Shown: piece after piece, positions 60,610-64,000 of the stretch
How the letters are laid out: each line of letters begins with the position of its first letter
How positions within the stretch are numbered: the stretch's first letter is position 1
NCBI GenBank assembly: GCA_037305845.1
Contig: CP147778.1
Location: 2,112,001 to 2,176,000, forward strand
DNA length: 64,000 bases
Origin: Candidatus Freyarchaeum deiterrae
GTDB lineage: Archaea > Asgardarchaeota > Jordiarchaeia > Jordiarchaeales > Jordiarchaeaceae
Direction of reading: 5' to 3'
Translations under genes and position numbers: made by a program
The notes under the pieces: generated by a model
Databases searched by the model: none
What the model was told of the DNA's origin: nothing
What the model saw: the letters and a program-made list of their open reading frames with translations, nothing else

Positions 60610-61413
60610 GTGAGTGGCATGATTACAGACTTGAAAATTTTGAATGAAGCGGCGCATCTATTGGAAAATGGAACTAGACTTGCGTTGTGCACGGTTATCG
60701 AGAAAAGGGGTTCAGGGCCTAGAGATGTTGGTGCGAAAATGATTGTTGGGGAAGACGAAAAGACTTATGGGACTATTGGGGGAGGTGCCCTTGAGAGAGC
60801 TTTGGTCAACGAGTGCATGAAAGCTTTGGAAGAAGGCAAATCAAGAAGAGTTACTTTCAACATGACGAGGGAAAAGAAAGAGGGAATGGTTGAAACGGGT
60901 CTGATATGCGGAGGCGAATTAACTGTGTTTGTTGACGTATTAGAACCAGATTTAAGGTTAATAATAGTGGGTTCTGGTCATGTAGCGTTGCCCTTAGCGA
61001 GACTAGCCGAAATTGTAGGATTTAAAACACTCATAGTTGATGATGACATCGACCTAGCCAACAAAGAGCGATTTCCAATGGCTGAAAGAATCATTACTGG
61101 CGATTTTGCCAAAATATTGAATGAGCTTGATGTAGGCTCCAACGACTCTGTCGTCATTGCTCACGGCGAACCTGAACATGATTACAAGGCATTAGAGAAG
61201 ATGATTGAAAAAAAACCCGCCTACATTGGACTGCTTGGAAGCCGGACGAAAGTTGCGATACTCGTTCAGAGGCTTCGAAAGCAAGGAATCAGCGAGGCAC
61301 AATTGAAGATATTACACGCACCCTTAGGCTTGGACATTGGGGCTCAGACCCCTGAAGAAATCGGAATAAGCGTACTCGCCGAGATTATCCAGAGCAAAAG
61401 AAAAAGAACATGA
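60610..61413 (+). CDS. xdhC: XdhC/CoxF molybdenum cofactor insertion chaperone
   Basis: GSGPR..GAKM, GTIGGG, CGG, YIGLLGS, PLGLDIGAQTPEEI. Confidence 0.93.
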   Translation: MSGMITDLKILNEAAHLLENGTRLALCTVIEKRGSGPRDVGAKMIVGEDEKTYGTIGGGALERALVNECMKALEEGKSRRVTFNMTREKKEGMVETGLICGGELTVFVDVLEPDLRLIIVGSGHVALPLARLAEIVGFKTLIVDDDIDLANKERFPMAERIITGDFAKILNELDVGSNDSVVIAHGEPEHDYKALEKMIEKKPAYIGLLGSRTKVAILVQRLRKQGISEAQLKILHAPLGLDIGAQTPEEIGISVLAEIIQSKRKRT

Positions 61414-61450
61414 ACATAGCACGAATCACTTACTTGAGTATTTACGGTTC

Positions 61451-62098
61451 TCAAATGCCATAGCTACCAGTTTTTATTAGACTGCGAGCGCGAGCCAAGT
61501 CTTCAGGAGTGTCTATGTCCATAATGGACCACTCCGGTGCCTCGATTGTGAACAGTTTGTCAGCATGCCTATTAACAACGTCTCGTATTGTCTCGGGGTT
61601 TTTCAAAGCTAGTATTTCGCCGAAAAGCTCCTTATGAAAGAGCAGCGGATGACCTTTCTTCCCCTTATGTATTGGACTCACAATCCATGCTTTGTCTACA
61701 TTGTTCTCCATCTGTTCAATCATAACGTTCAAAAAGTTCTTGTCAAGAATAGGTTCGTCTCCAAGAACCAAAAATGCAGCGTCAACATGACGCATTAGTC
61801 GCAGTCCCTTTTGAAAAGATGAAATCATCCCCTGTTCATAGTCATCATTTATAACCGTCTTAATATCTTCTAACCATGGCTTTATGGCTTCGATTATCTG
61901 CTGAGGTTCGTGTCCTAACACAATTACTTTTTCATCTGCGTCCGTAGCTGCTATTGCATCCAAAACATTCCCTATCAAAGTATCATCATTCAGACGCAGC
62001 AGGAGCTTGTTTTGCCCCATCCTTTCGGATTTACCGGCTGCTAGAACAATTGCTGCGGTAATTATCATCAACACCTCCCATGCCGAAAATAGCGCCAT
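61451..62098 (-). CDS. mocA: Molybdenum cofactor cytidylyltransferase (MocA-like)
   Basis: LAAGKSERMG.NKLL, GMISS, LGDEP, GHP, DIDTPED; true start probably the second Met. Confidence 0.85.
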   Translation of the reverse strand: MALFSAWEVLMIITAAIVLAAGKSERMGQNKLLLRLNDDTLIGNVLDAIAATDADEKVIVLGHEPQQIIEAIKPWLEDIKTVINDDYEQGMISSFQKGLRLMRHVDAAFLVLGDEPILDKNFLNVMIEQMENNVDKAWIVSPIHKGKKGHPLLFHKELFGEILALKNPETIRDVVNRHADKLFTIEAPEWSIMDIDTPEDLARARSLIKTGSYGI

Positions 62099-62253
62099 CC
62101 TCTCTGGGGTTGCACCAAACGTCGTGACTATTGCTTCCTAGTTGATTGCACCAAAATATAACCATATTCAAGTATATAACTATGCTCAACGAAAATCGCG
62201 GCAAAAAAATAAAAACAAAAAAGAGAAGGGGAAAGCCCCGAAACTAAATTCCT

Positions 62254-63647
62254 TCACACTATTTTACTCGTCTTCCAAGTGCCCAAGGCACGACCGAGCT
62301 CCTTGTGATCCTCAGCATACTTCTCCAACGGTATACCCTGCACAGAAGCGTCGATAGCCTGACGAAAAGAAGTAGCACCAGCACGAGGACCATCAGGATG
62401 CGCATGAATAGCGCCACCAACACCTACTATGAAATCCTTACCGAGATCCGCCATAATCTGAGGAACAATCTGAACAATGACACCACCAGCAGGCATAGGC
62501 AAAGTAGGCTTCAAATGATAGAACGGAAACGTCAACTCACGCCAAACCTGCAGATAAGTCTCCTTCATGAAAGGAGCTTTTCTGGAGGCTCGGGAACTAC
62601 TTGCACTCAATGTGCGAAATCAGTCTCCCGAATTCCTATTCCAAAGGGCGCTGGGTTAAAATTTTAACAGGGAAGTCCTGTTAAATATACTTCCATGTCA
62701 GCGCCGGCTAGTCTGCAGAATTTTCCTAGTATGAGTCTGGCGTCTACTCCGTATTCTGGTGATGCGTAGTGTACTGCTGCATAGTCTGTGTGTGCTAAAA
62801 CTGGTACTTTTATGCTGGGGTCTTCTGCTAGGTCTCTGAATGTTTCGTATCCTGTTGTGATGATGTTGACCATTAGTGCGTTTGCTCCTAGGTCTATGGC
62901 TTTTTCTGCTAGTTCTAGTGTTTTTTTGGGTCGGTCGGTTATGTTGACTGTGTAGAGTGTTTTTTCTCCTTTTTCTTCGTCTGCTTTGTCGATTGCTTCC
63001 ATGAATTTTACTACCCGGTCTTCTACTCGGTTTAGTTCCATGTCTGCTAGTAGTTCATCGTCTTTGATGAAGTCTACTCCGCCTGCTGCGACTTCGTATG
63101 CTAGGTCTGCTCCTATTTCGCAGGGTGAGTAGACGCAGGGTTTTATCATGTTGTTTAGTATGGGTCGGTCTTTTACTCCCAGTATCTCTCTTACTCCTTT
63201 TATTCCGAATTTTGGTCCTTTGAATCCGCTTACCCATTTTTTGGGGAATTGGAGGTCCAGTAGTTTTATTTTTCCGGCAGCGGAGAGGTTTCCGACTACT
63301 GTGCTCAGGAGTACGGGTAGGTTGGGGTAGCCGAGGTTGGTTATGGGGTACGCGATTTTTATTATCCAGTGTCTTTCTTCTGTTTTTGGTAGCTGCCATT
63401 GGTGTGGTGGGATTTCGAATACTGCTGTTACTCGGGCTGCGTGCAGTCTTCTGACTTCGGGTGTTTCTTTGGGTACGGGTGTCCAGGTTCCGGTGCTTTG
63501 TTCTAGGGCTGCTGCTACGCCCATTGTGTATCCGTCTAGCCATGAGGGCTGGGTTGTGTAGTATGTGGCTATTATGTTTTCTTCGGGGTCTATGCCTTCG
63601 GGTAGTGCTTCCATTGATGTTAATAATTCATAATCTTTTTCGCCCAA
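62254..63647 (-). CDS. RuBisCO-like protein (form IV), three exons: 63647-62687, 62656-62639, 62579-62254; 434 aa after predicted splicing
   Basis: EQSTGTW, GPKFG, IKP, IKDDE, LAH, then joined RLAGADMEVYPAPFGKAPF..PMPAGG..GGAIHAHPDG..AG; exons total 1305 nt; GGAGG before TTG 63647. Confidence 0.9.
62580..62638 (-). other. Predicted BHB mRNA intron B of the RuBisCO-like gene (59 nt)
   Basis: UUGG-AA^U-AGG..UUCGGGA..GCAC(AUUGA)GUGC..UCCCGAG-CCU-CCAG-AA^A; long intron hairpin; removal repairs a frameshift and gives F-G-K-A-P-F. Confidence 0.85.
62657..62686 (-). other. Predicted BHB mRNA intron A of the RuBisCO-like gene (30 nt)
   Basis: AAGU-AU^A-UUUAACAGG(ACUUC)CCUGUUAAA-AUUU-UA^A: strict BHB with a 9-bp intron stem; in-frame TAA; removal gives V-Y-P-A-P. 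Confidence 0.9.
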
Positions 63648-63831
63648 CTTTTTTCCTCCATTTTTAATCAAGTTTATTCGTGGTTGTAGAACTTTTAAAG
63701 TTTTGTTAAGCTCATTTTGTTGTGTGGTTTTGGTTTTCGAGGATTTTAGATAGTTTTTTAAAGGAATTTCGCGTTCTATCTATGAACAGATTCTTGCCGC
63801 TTGTGGTGGGTTAAGAACAGGAGGTTTGTTT

Positions 63832-64000
63832 TTGATTATCGAAGGTGTGACAAGAGACGTTATTAAAGAAATAGTTGATGCGATGGTGGTTGTCTTTAAT
63901 AACCGGGAACCAGAGTTTAAGGAAAAAATGAAGTCTGTTACTAAGGGTAAGCGTAAGGTTTACCGCTTTGACGTTACGGATATTGATCTCAAGTGTGACG
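63832..64000 (+). CDS. 5' part of a gene, possibly SCP2-like; truncated by the window edge
   Basis: GGAGGT then TTG; reads MIIEGVTRDVIKEIVDAMVVVFNNREPEFKEKMKSVTKGKRKVYRFDVTDIDLKC. Confidence 0.5.
   Translation, partial: MIIEGVTRDVIKEIVDAMVVVFNNREPEFKEKMKSVTKGKRKVYRFDVTDIDLKCD

Noticed and set aside
62110-62155. TTGCACCAAA direct repeat upstream of the mocA-like gene as a Moco riboswitch or mini-CRISPR
   Set aside because: Only two 10-bp copies and no match to the Moco RNA motif that I can recognise.
1363-63667. Numerous short ORFs antisense to or overlapping long genes
   Set aside because: Shadow frames of well-supported genes, without motifs or RBS.
62254-63671. Bona fide form III RuBisCO, or a naturally split two-gene enzyme
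   Set aside because: KPC and HTD replace the KPK and HRA motifs, indicating form IV, and the two ORFs join seamlessly after intron removal.
1-64000. tRNA or rRNA genes, and endA/rtcB splicing genes
   Set aside because: None recognised in this window; the splicing machinery would have to be encoded elsewhere.

Overview
Archaeal chromosomal window, most likely from an Asgard archaeon. This is inferred from stand-alone roadblock/LC7 and longin-domain genes, Gins23-MCM, a TFEbeta/RPC34-like gene and Fwd subunits; a Jordarchaeia-like lineage is only a guess. Most of the window is housekeeping and heterotrophic metabolism: acyl-CoA dehydrogenases, ADP-forming acyl-CoA ligase, a glycyl radical enzyme with its activase, GH38 mannosidase, a sulfatase-family enzyme, a BzdNOQ/HgdABC-like cluster, a Mo-hydroxylase cluster and a RuBisCO-like protein. 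Main result: two genes that look broken in the ORF track appear to be intact genes interrupted by five very short hairpin introns (21, 30, 30, 30 and 59 nt). queE has three and the RuBisCO-like gene has two. Each folds by hand into an archaeal bulge-helix-bulge (BHB) motif, strict in three cases and relaxed in two. Cutting at the standard BHB positions restores the frame and the conserved catalytic motifs, which points to tRNA-endonuclease-type splicing of multi-intron mRNAs. Also notable: an IsrB/omegaRNA element inserted 4 nt into a host gene at an ATGA TAM that supplies a replacement RBS and start codon, and a threonine-synthase-like protein with the PLP lysine replaced by Arg, fused to a PadR-like winged helix. 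All calls come from motif recognition and manual folding; no searches were run.
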